A stretch of 64,000 bases of DNA from an uncultured Brachymonas sp. (lineage in GTDB: Bacteria > Pseudomonadota > Gammaproteobacteria > Burkholderiales > Burkholderiaceae_C), in the NCBI GenBank assembly GCA_964413485.1, contig CAYPRU010000002.1, positions 146,748-210,747 of the forward strand, written 5' to 3'. Of the stretch, positions 1 to 7,609 are shown piece by piece. Made by a program: the position numbers and the translations under genes. The notes below the pieces were generated by a model that was not told where the DNA came from, searched no databases, and worked only from the letters and a program-made list of their open reading frames with translations. Positions within the stretch are counted from its first letter, which is position 1. Every line of letters begins with the position of its first letter.

Positions 1-77
1 CGAAGCATCGGGTTCACTTGCACGGCACCAGCACGGCAATGACAGCCAAACCATTTTTCACCCACCACCAAAGGAAG

Positions 78-596
78 ATGATGCACACCTCGAAGCAACA
101 CCTTAACCAAGCAACCGCGGCACCCTTACCTTGCCCGACGGCAAGCATCGGGAATCCAGCTGAACGAGCACAGGAATCTCATCCAGTCACAGAAGGGGTG
201 TCCAGGGACTTCTCCAAGATTGCGTTGGCAGCAGAGATTGTCACCGCGCTGACCTATGACGACCGAAAGCCGCCGCGCTGGCATGGCCACGTCGGACATG
301 CCGAGGTCAATGAGCACAGTTTGCTAATCACCCGTAGCTACGCATCCCCGCGCGAAGGAGCAAATCAAGAGCGTCTGGTTGTCTCACTTACCGACGGGCG
401 CGTTCATTTACGAGGCTTCGATGAGGGTGGAAAATCCTTCAGCATTCAGTGTCCCTTATCGCCGGAGGCCGTGCTGGCCCGCATGCACGGGGCTGCGGTG
501 AACGGTATCCGTTCGGCTGCGTCACTTGTCGTTGCAATTCGTACCGGCAACACCTCATTGCATCACGAAGGGGATGAGCTGCACTTCGAATTCTGA
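78..596 (+). CDS. Hypothetical protein
   Basis: Open frame with AAGGAAG directly before ATG at 78; no recognisable motif; start uncertain. Confidence 0.5.
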   Translation: MMHTSKQHLNQATAAPLPCPTASIGNPAERAQESHPVTEGVSRDFSKIALAAEIVTALTYDDRKPPRWHGHVGHAEVNEHSLLITRSYASPREGANQERLVVSLTDGRVHLRGFDEGGKSFSIQCPLSPEAVLARMHGAAVNGIRSAASLVVAIRTGNTSLHHEGDELHFEF

Positions 597-647
597 CGAA
601 TCGGAACCATGTCTTTTCCTTTGTTCAGCAGGGCCTTGAACCGGAGC

Positions 648-678
648 GATTACCGTAATTACGATAATTACGGTAATC
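648..678. repeat. Perfect 13-bp inverted repeat built from tandem 9-mers
   Basis: GATTACCGTAATT-ACGAT-AATTACGGTAATC, also readable as ATTACCGTA/ATTACGATA/ATTACGGTA; lies between convergent genes. Confidence 0.85.
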
Positions 679-693
679 CCAAAATCGGCGCAC

Positions 694-1161
694 TCATCCT
701 TGCACATGGGATTGACCGCATCCGTGACAAAACCACGTGCTCTGCCACTGGCGTTTCGCGGCACTGTAGACCCTCGCCTGGGTACGCCAGCCCTTCATCA
801 ACAGCCAGCCCAGCGCGATGAGTCCCAGGCCGACTGCCGCTTGCTTCCAGTTGTAGCGCAGGCCCGCCAGTCCGACGTACACGCACTCACGTGCCAACAA
901 CGGGCACACCGTCATCGACATGTAGATGATGATGCCGCCAATTCCATAGGCTCCAATGAACGGTAGCGGTGATGGCGGCGCAGGTGGGGCGCAGTGCTGG
1001 GCCAACGCCGTGGACTGGGAACCCTGGCTGCTGCCTTGAACGAACTGCCCATCTGAAGTGACCGCCGTGTGCGTTGCGTGGAAGTGCTGCGTGCCGCCCG
1101 CATGCACAACGGCCATAGGCTGGATGTGCGTGCTGCCGCAGCTCGGGCATTGCATCGCCAT
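694..1161 (-). CDS. Membrane protein with split zinc ribbon (N-terminal CPSC, C-terminal CHGC, two hydrophobic segments)
   Basis: MQCPSCGS...WFCHGCGQ flanking two hydrophobic stretches; starts 2 nt after the upstream stop codon. Confidence 0.75.
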   Translation of the reverse strand: MAMQCPSCGSTHIQPMAVVHAGGTQHFHATHTAVTSDGQFVQGSSQGSQSTALAQHCAPPAPPSPLPFIGAYGIGGIIIYMSMTVCPLLARECVYVGLAGLRYNWKQAAVGLGLIALGWLLMKGWRTQARVYSAAKRQWQSTWFCHGCGQSHVQG

Positions 1162-1163
1162 GG

Positions 1164-2276
1164 TCAGCCCTCCGAGCCTTCGGTATTGACTGTGCAGGTC
1201 AGCGTAGCTTCGCTGCCCTCCATACCTGCCGACAACACGCCGACTTTGGTCAAACGGCCATAGGTCTTGCCGTCTTTGCCCAGCTTCAGCGAGGCTGATT
1301 TCGCAAGCTGCTGGACCGTGAGGCCGGGCAAGTAGCTGCGGTAGGTTTGCTCACCACCGTCACGTGACACCGCCACCTTGCGGACGCTGATCCCATAGAC
1401 CCTGACCGGCTCGGCGAGCGTGACCGGTGTGACGCCTTGGTGTGGATTCCACCCAGACTGCTTGAGCATGGACTCAGCCAACTCAAATCGTGGACCGATG
1501 GGCGCGCAGCTCAGCGCCTGTTCGAGCTGCGCCTTGGTCTTGGCGTCCACGGGCTGCGACGCTCCGTTGCTGGATACAGAAGGAATGGCTGGCTTGACGG
1601 CCGCATTGGCGTCGTACCCTACCAACCAAAGATTGGTCGGTGCGCCCGGCTGCCAGCCGGTGTCGAGCAACAGTTGCTGAACGAACCCTTGGAAGGCGAG
1701 CTGCTGCCGCTCGCTGATCGGCTGCCGGTCGGGGATGGCCAGCATGGGCGGCTTGGGGCCAACGGTACGGACATTGCCGCTGTGCTCGACCGCCATCTGC
1801 TGCATGAAGAGGTGCAGGTTGGCGGCGTTGTTGACCGCGTACCCCACCGACTGTCCCCAGCACACCGAAAAGGCGGGCACAGCTTCGAACTTGCTCTTGC
1901 TCCACCAGATGGTGGCCGTTCCGATCCAGCAGTCACTGCGGGACCAGTCCGTGACCGTGACGGCCACGCGAGGGAAGTAGGTCTTGGGTGTTCCGTCGTA
2001 GGGATGTTTGCTGAAGACGCCCGCCAGGGCTGTTGCACGGATGCCAGGAGCGCCGGGCGGCGCGCTTTGGTCTGGCTTTGCTTGATTGGCAACGACGGCT
2101 GGGCGAGTCTCGGTAGTAGGAGGCGGTGCCACGTTACCTTGGCTGGCCTTCGACACGCCACCCAAGGAGAGGTGAACCTTGGTCGAGCCGTCAGCCTGCG
2201 GCTGTGTCGTGACACAACCGGTCACGGTCATCACAACGGCCAGCCCGGCCAGCATCCGAAAGCAGAGTCCACACAT
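1164..2276 (-). CDS. Hypothetical lipoprotein, probably two domains
   Basis: Hydrophobic signal ending in lipobox-like VTGC; Pro/Ala-rich linkers; GGGAG upstream. Confidence 0.75.
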   Translation of the reverse strand: MCGLCFRMLAGLAVVMTVTGCVTTQPQADGSTKVHLSLGGVSKASQGNVAPPPTTETRPAVVANQAKPDQSAPPGAPGIRATALAGVFSKHPYDGTPKTYFPRVAVTVTDWSRSDCWIGTATIWWSKSKFEAVPAFSVCWGQSVGYAVNNAANLHLFMQQMAVEHSGNVRTVGPKPPMLAIPDRQPISERQQLAFQGFVQQLLLDTGWQPGAPTNLWLVGYDANAAVKPAIPSVSSNGASQPVDAKTKAQLEQALSCAPIGPRFELAESMLKQSGWNPHQGVTPVTLAEPVRVYGISVRKVAVSRDGGEQTYRSYLPGLTVQQLAKSASLKLGKDGKTYGRLTKVGVLSAGMEGSEATLTCTVNTEGSEG

Positions 2277-2316
2277 CCATCAGCTCCCTTTGATCCCAAG
2301 TTGAGCTGATTATGAA

Positions 2317-2365
2317 GACTATATTCGACGTTGTCGAATATAGTCCGTGGATTAAAGGTCTCATG
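2317..2365. promoter_or_regulatory. Operator region: 13-bp perfect palindrome overlapping a C-box-like site
   Basis: GACTATATTCGAC-GTT-GTCGAATATAGTC (2317-2345) continues into TATAGTCCGTGGATTAAAGGTCTCAT; lies between divergent genes. Confidence 0.6.
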
Positions 2366-2381
2366 ACACCCATGCTCGGCG

Positions 2382-2615
2382 TTGATGGGACGAGACTACG
2401 AGCAAGTGCGTCAGGACTTGGCGCGCAACATGAAAGACTTCCGGGGCAAGCGTGGCTTGTCGCAGGAGGCACTCGCCCTGAGCGCGGATGTGGATCGCAC
2501 CTACGTGAGTCAGATCGAGCGCGCTGTGGGCAACCCGTCCCTGCTGGTCCTGCGCAAGCTGGGCGCGATCCTGGAGACCGACGTGCTCGATCTCTTGGCG
2601 GAGCAGACCAAGTGA
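2382..2615 (+). CDS. XRE-family HTH regulator, R-M controller (C) protein-like
   Basis: RGLSQEALALSADVDRTYVSQIERAVGNPSL is a typical HTH_3/C-protein motif; 76-77 aa. Confidence 0.9.
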   Translation: MMGRDYEQVRQDLARNMKDFRGKRGLSQEALALSADVDRTYVSQIERAVGNPSLLVLRKLGAILETDVLDLLAEQTK

Positions 2616-2939
2616 ACACGGGTGAGGCCACCCGAATGGGGATGTCCGCAAAAAATGTATACGGAAGTGACTATGGAATGAGCCAAAACGCGCTGAGACC
2701 CAGTAAAAATGGCACTTCCAAGGCCATCTTTCACTTTAACGTCTGATTCGAGCAAGCCATTACAGGCGACGGGCAATGGCTTGCAGGGCGTGGCATGCCA
2801 TAACACGCCAGACGTCGCCTTGGCAGCCTGCCGCCAACACTTCAACCCTGGAGCCCGAAAAAATCGCATCCCTTGACAAGCGGCGAGGGCAGCGTATCGT
2901 GACAACAACGGTCAACAGCGCACCTGCAAGGAGGTCAGC

Positions 2940-3611
2940 ATGGTATCCCGCGACAAGGAAGGTATCGGCACCCTTCTGCGCGAGATCCGTGAAAAGGCGG
3001 CTTTCACACGGAGGGAGACTGGCAGGGAGGCGCTTGACCAGCGCGTGATGGCGGCGATCGCGAAAGTGCCGCGCGAGCAGTTTGTGCCGGAAAGCGGACG
3101 CATGCTTGCCTTCAGAGACGGGCCGCTCCCCATCGGCCATGGTCAGACCATTTCCCAGCCCTTCATGGTGGCTCTGATGACGGATCTGCTGCAGACGCAC
3201 GCGGATAGCGTCATCCTTGAGGTGGGCACCGGATCGGGCTATCAGGCGGCGGTGCTGGCCGAGATCGTGCAGCATGTCTACAGCATCGAGGTGCTTGCGC
3301 CACTGGCCGAGTCGGCGCGCCAACGGCTGGCAGCGCTGGGCTATGCCAATGTCACGGTGCGGTCGTCTGATGGGTTCGCTGGGTGGCCTGAGCAGGCTCC
3401 CTTCGACGGCATTATCGTCACGGCGGCGGCGCCCGTCGTGCCGCCGCCCCTGATCGACCAGCTCAAGCCCGGCGCACGGCTGGTCATTCCGGTCGGGCCT
3501 GCGGGCGGCTTCCAGTGGCTGTGCCTCGTCGAGAAGCGGATGGATGGCAGCGTCGACAGCCGCAACGTGTTGCCGGTCAGCTTCGTGCCGCTGACACGGG
3601 CTTTGCCCTGA
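2940..3611 (+). CDS. pcm: Protein-L-isoaspartate O-methyltransferase
   Basis: LPIGHGQTISQP, LEVGTGSGYQAA, APFDGIIVTAAA, VSFVPL; AGGAGG RBS. Confidence 0.93.
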   Translation: MVSRDKEGIGTLLREIREKAAFTRRETGREALDQRVMAAIAKVPREQFVPESGRMLAFRDGPLPIGHGQTISQPFMVALMTDLLQTHADSVILEVGTGSGYQAAVLAEIVQHVYSIEVLAPLAESARQRLAALGYANVTVRSSDGFAGWPEQAPFDGIIVTAAAPVVPPPLIDQLKPGARLVIPVGPAGGFQWLCLVEKRMDGSVDSRNVLPVSFVPLTRALP

Positions 3612-3878
3612 ACGGTTGCTGCACGATGCTTCCGGAAATCTTATCGGGCCTGGTTTCCAGCGGTTCACTGAAACCGTGTCCGGCAGGCACAGCAATACGC
3701 CGACAGCATTGACAGCAGCTGGTGCCGCCCTTGCCGGCATTGACGCTGGTTCCGCGTTTTCAGGAGACGGGGCGCTGATTTTGGCGCTGCCGGCGTGATC
3801 CATGGCGACTGCGAACGCGGTTGCATCCGGGGGCAGAAATTGCGGAGATTGGGCCTGCATCGGGCAAGGCCCTATCCT

Positions 3879-4733
3879 TTACACCGCCATGATCCCCCTT
3901 CTGCGCTGATGCGCGATGTCCAGCAGGTACTGGTCGGGAATGTCCTGGCAGTCGTCGCTGAAGCAGGTTTTTCCGGCAGAGACATCGCCGTCGTCGCCAA
4001 AGATCAGCCGCCGGCTGCTAGCGACACCGGCCAGAATGCGCTGGGCCGATTGCTGCGGTGTTTGTGCCCGTTCGGGTACATCTGTGCCTTGCCAGATGGC
4101 GGTAGCGGTGGTGCCGGGCGTGGCGGACGAGATCCTGATGTTGTCGTCCCAGAATTCGGCGCGCAGCGACAGCGTCAGGGCGTTGAGGGCGGCCTTGGTG
4201 GCGGCGTACATCGTCTGGTAGGGCATGTTGTAAAACGCAATGCCCGAAATGATGTTGACGATCTGGCCCCCGCCTTGCCGCTGCATCAGCGGGATGGCTG
4301 CGCGGCAGCCGTACAGTGCGCCGTAAAAGTTGAGCGCAAAGGCCTTGTCCCAGTCTGCGTTGCTCTGCACCCGGAAGCCGAACTTGTCCATTGCGCCCCG
4401 GTCGGTGGGTTCCACGAAATACCCGGAAAAGCCGGTGCCGGCGTTGTTGATCAGCAGGTCGAGCCTGCCGCCAAAAAACGCCATTGCGTCGGCAATCATC
4501 ACCTGCACGTTGTCCTCGCGGCTGACGTCGCACAGGATGCCCTTGACCCGGTCGGGGTACTGCGCTGCCAGCCGGGCGGTGTGCTGCTCCAGGTGCTCGC
4601 GGTTGAAATCGGCCAGCACCACCTTGTCGGCGCCATAGGCCAGCAGTTCCTCGATCAGCGCCAGCCCGATGCCGGAGGCGGCACCGGTTACGATGGCAGT
4701 CTTGCCTGCAAAGTATTCCTGGTTCACTTCCAT
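3879..4733 (-). CDS. Short-chain dehydrogenase/reductase (classical, probably NAD-dependent)
   Basis: TGAASGIG, acidic residue after beta2 (LAD), NNAG, YAATK. Confidence 0.92.
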   Translation of the reverse strand: MEVNQEYFAGKTAIVTGAASGIGLALIEELLAYGADKVVLADFNREHLEQHTARLAAQYPDRVKGILCDVSREDNVQVMIADAMAFFGGRLDLLINNAGTGFSGYFVEPTDRGAMDKFGFRVQSNADWDKAFALNFYGALYGCRAAIPLMQRQGGGQIVNIISGIAFYNMPYQTMYAATKAALNALTLSLRAEFWDDNIRISSATPGTTATAIWQGTDVPERAQTPQQSAQRILAGVASSRRLIFGDDGDVSAGKTCFSDDCQDIPDQYLLDIAHQRRRGIMAV

Positions 4734-4767
4734 TTGGTTTGCCTCTTTTCCGTCATTGCTCTAAAAC

Positions 4768-5616
4768 TCATTCGTAGTGCTGGTGACCCTGGCACAGCGT
4801 GCAGCGGTCATAGCGGCCGGTGAACAGGTACTGCATGGCGTCGGCGGCCTGTTCGTCCGAATACTGGTACAGCGGCGTCAGGCCGGTGACCCAGTTGTCG
4901 CTTTTGGCCCAGGCGGCACCCAGCACCCGCACCACCGGTACTTCGGCCCAGGGATCGTCGATGGATGATTGCAGCGTGATGCTGGCTGCCGCGGGCTCCC
5001 AGGTGTGGAAGCGGGTGGGGCTGTTGTAGTAAATCAGGTGCATGTCCTTGAAGCCGTCCGGCCGCATGCGGTAGGTGTGCAGCAGGCAGCCGCCCTGGCT
5101 CACCACTGGCGTTGACTGCGCCATGCAGGCTTCGGCCTCGTGGTGAAACTGCGGGTCGTTGTAGTGGCCGATCTCCAGCCGCACATCGATCAGGCGCACC
5201 CCGTGGCGCTCGATGAAGCAATGGGCGATGTCGTCGGTGCGCTCCACCACGATGCGCTCGCACAGCTTCTTGGGCAGGCCCGAGCCCTCGCGGCCCGAGT
5301 AGGCGCCCATCAGCGCGCCGGGGCCGCTCAGCTGCAGGTTGAGGAAGTACAGGCCCACCTGGTTCTGGTACTTCGCCATCAGGCCAATGCCGCCTTCCAT
5401 ATACCACGGGGCAAAGCTGGGCTCGCGGATGTTGACGATGTAGACGTAGAACACCGGATTGGCCGGGTCGGCCAGTTCCAGCGGCGGGGGCAGCAGGTTT
5501 TTGACACAGGGGTTCGTGATGCCAAACAGAAAGATGCCTTCCTGGCTGTTCATCGCGCCGTCTTTCATGAAATGCGCGAGCTTCTCCCTGGGGATGAAAT
5601 AGCTTCCGGTTGTCAT
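4768..5616 (-). CDS. Acetoacetate decarboxylase-fold protein (resembles CLA-DC-type isomerase)
   Basis: LLPPPL, GREGSGLPKK with the Schiff-base Lys, SSIDDPWAEVPV, C-terminal TGRYDR; GGAGGA 7 nt before ATG at 5616. Confidence 0.85.
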   Translation of the reverse strand: MTTGSYFIPREKLAHFMKDGAMNSQEGIFLFGITNPCVKNLLPPPLELADPANPVFYVYIVNIREPSFAPWYMEGGIGLMAKYQNQVGLYFLNLQLSGPGALMGAYSGREGSGLPKKLCERIVVERTDDIAHCFIERHGVRLIDVRLEIGHYNDPQFHHEAEACMAQSTPVVSQGGCLLHTYRMRPDGFKDMHLIYYNSPTRFHTWEPAAASITLQSSIDDPWAEVPVVRVLGAAWAKSDNWVTGLTPLYQYSDEQAADAMQYLFTGRYDRCTLCQGHQHYE

Positions 5617-5643
5617 GCTCATATCCTCCATCTGATTGCAAAA

Positions 5644-7566
5644 TCACACCTCGAAAACGAACGCCTGAGCGTGGGCATCCTGGGTGGCTTCGAGAATGCG
5701 CCCGCAGTGGGCGGCGTCGCCCACTACCCGCAGGTTCGGGAAGACCGCACGGAATGCTTCCACAAGCGCCTTGCGCGGCCGCACTCCCATGGCCAGCACC
5801 ACCGCGTCCGCATCCACCAGAACGGTTGCGCCGTCGCCCAGCCGGGTCAGTTCCACGCCATCCGGGCGCACCCGTTCCAGCCGGTGGCCGGTCAGCACCG
5901 TGGGCGCATGCGGCAGGATGCGGCTCATCACGTCCTGCACGATGGCCGGGTATATGCCGGGGCCGACCGCCGGCTGCAGCTCGACCAGCGTCAGCTGGCA
6001 GCCGTGCCCGGCCAGCACTTCGGCGGTTTCGATGCCGGTCATGCCCGAGCCGATCACGACGACCTTGCCCTGCGGCTGCACGCGGCCGAGCAGCACGTCC
6101 TCGGCGATGTAGACCTTGTCGCCGTGGATGCCCGGAATGGGCGGCACCACGGGTTCCGCGCCGCAGGCCAGAAACACGCCGCAGGGGTTGAGCGACTGCA
6201 CCAGCGCCGGTGTGGCCTGCTCGTGCAGCCGCACCTCAATGCCCGCGTGCTGCACCTGCGCGATGAGCGAGTCGACGTAGCGCGTGATCTTTTCCTTGCC
6301 GTAGCCCTGGTCCGCGATGTTCAGTGTGCCGCCCATGCGCGCGCTGTCGTCCAGCAGCACCGGCGCAAATCCGCGCTCTTTCAGTGTCAGCGCGGCCTCG
6401 ATGCCGGCCGGCCCGGCGCCGACCACCACCACGGTTCTGCCGGCGCCATCGTGCGCCGGATGGGCGTACTCGCGTTCACGCCCGGTGACCGGGTTGACCG
6501 CGCACTTGACGCGCCTGAGCTGGACGATTTCGCCAAAGCAGGCCAGGCAGCCGATGCACTTGCGGATTTCCTCTTCGCGGCCGGAAAACGCCTTGTGGCA
6601 CCAGGCAGGATCGGCCAGATGGGCGCGCGCCACTCCGACGAAGTCGCAGCACTCTTCTGCCAGCAGCTGTTCGGCGATGGCCGGCTCCTTGATGTTGCTG
6701 ACGGCAATGACCGGAATGCTGACGGCCTGCTTGATGGCCGCTGCCATGTACTTCTTCCAGCCCTGGGGGTAGCTGCCCGGCTCGATGCAGCCCGCCGTGT
6801 AGCAGCTCACGTCGATCGCGTCCGCTCCGGCTTGCTCGAGGGCGACCGCGATCTTCACCGCCTCGGGCAGGTCGATGCCGCCTTCGAACATTTCCTCGGC
6901 ATTGATGCGCACGACCAGCGGAAAATGGCGGCCACACTGGTGGCGAATACCGGTGATGATCTCGGTCAGGAAGCGCATGCGGTTGTCGAAGCTGCCGCCA
7001 TATTTGTCCGACCTCTGGTTCATGGCGGGCGACAGGAACTCGTTGATCAGGTAGCCGTGCGCGCCGTGCAGCTCCACACCATCCGCCCCCGCTATCTGGA
7101 CAATCCATGCGGCCTGCACGAACTTCTGCACCAGTTCCTCGCATTCGGCCGTTGTCAATGCGCGCGGCAGGGTGCCGCTCATGGGGCTGGCGATGGCGGA
7201 AGGGGCCACCGGCTGTTCCCCGGTGATCAGTGGCGAGGCTTCGCGTCCCGGGTGCTGCAGCTGGACAAAGATCCGGGTGTCGTACTTGTGGATGGCATCC
7301 ACCAGCCGTTGTAGCTCCAGAATGTCGGACGGCTTTCTGGCGGCTAGCTGGCACGGTTCGCCGCCGCCCGCGCCATCCGTGACCCGGGTGACTTCGGTAA
7401 TGATCAGCCCGACGCCGCCTTTTGCCCGCGCCTCGTAAAAGGCGATGATGTCATCGTTGACGCCGCCGTCCGGCGCCGCAATGGAGACCCCCACGGCAGT
7501 CATCACCACCCGGTTGGGGATGGTGAGTTGGCCAATGGCCATCGGGCTGCGCAGTTTCTCGTACAT
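5644..7566 (-). CDS. OYE-family NADH:flavin oxidoreductase with 4Fe-4S and FAD domains (enoate/dienoyl reductase-like)
   Basis: NRVVMTA, RAKGGVGLIITE, HGAHGYL, NQRSDKYGGS, CIGCLAC...C cluster motif, GAGPAG and GSGMTG Rossmann motifs. Confidence 0.92.
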   Translation of the reverse strand: MYEKLRSPMAIGQLTIPNRVVMTAVGVSIAAPDGGVNDDIIAFYEARAKGGVGLIITEVTRVTDGAGGGEPCQLAARKPSDILELQRLVDAIHKYDTRIFVQLQHPGREASPLITGEQPVAPSAIASPMSGTLPRALTTAECEELVQKFVQAAWIVQIAGADGVELHGAHGYLINEFLSPAMNQRSDKYGGSFDNRMRFLTEIITGIRHQCGRHFPLVVRINAEEMFEGGIDLPEAVKIAVALEQAGADAIDVSCYTAGCIEPGSYPQGWKKYMAAAIKQAVSIPVIAVSNIKEPAIAEQLLAEECCDFVGVARAHLADPAWCHKAFSGREEEIRKCIGCLACFGEIVQLRRVKCAVNPVTGREREYAHPAHDGAGRTVVVVGAGPAGIEAALTLKERGFAPVLLDDSARMGGTLNIADQGYGKEKITRYVDSLIAQVQHAGIEVRLHEQATPALVQSLNPCGVFLACGAEPVVPPIPGIHGDKVYIAEDVLLGRVQPQGKVVVIGSGMTGIETAEVLAGHGCQLTLVELQPAVGPGIYPAIVQDVMSRILPHAPTVLTGHRLERVRPDGVELTRLGDGATVLVDADAVVLAMGVRPRKALVEAFRAVFPNLRVVGDAAHCGRILEATQDAHAQAFVFEV

Positions 7567-7609
7567 GGTGGTGGCACCTTTTTCAGTAAGCGGCCCTTGC
7601 CAGATGGCT

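Larger units (their letters stand above)
1..2746. mobile_element. Right end of a putative integrative genomic island (att core possibly the 3' end of ychF)
   Basis: Cluster of unrecognised genes plus an XRE regulator; the first 700 bp look less GC-rich than the core genes. Imperfect direct repeats TGTATACGGAA/TGACTATGGAA (2656-2678) are followed by TTTAACGTCTGA (F-N-V-stop) at 2735-2746. No integrase in the window. Confidence 0.5.

Noticed and set aside
648-678. Possible CRISPR-like repeat
   Set aside because: Only 9-mers with no spacers and no cas genes; no CRISPR array was seen anywhere in the window.
2312-2746. 144-aa ORF ending in FNV
   Set aside because: Overlaps the XRE gene out of frame and has no YchF similarity apart from the last residues; treated as an att remnant, not a gene.
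5140-7314. 724-aa + strand ORF, and similar long ORFs such as 35767-38154, 34185-36167, 45953-47710 and 30030-31787
   Set aside because: Antisense shadows of well-supported genes, expected in high-GC DNA; no motifs or RBS.
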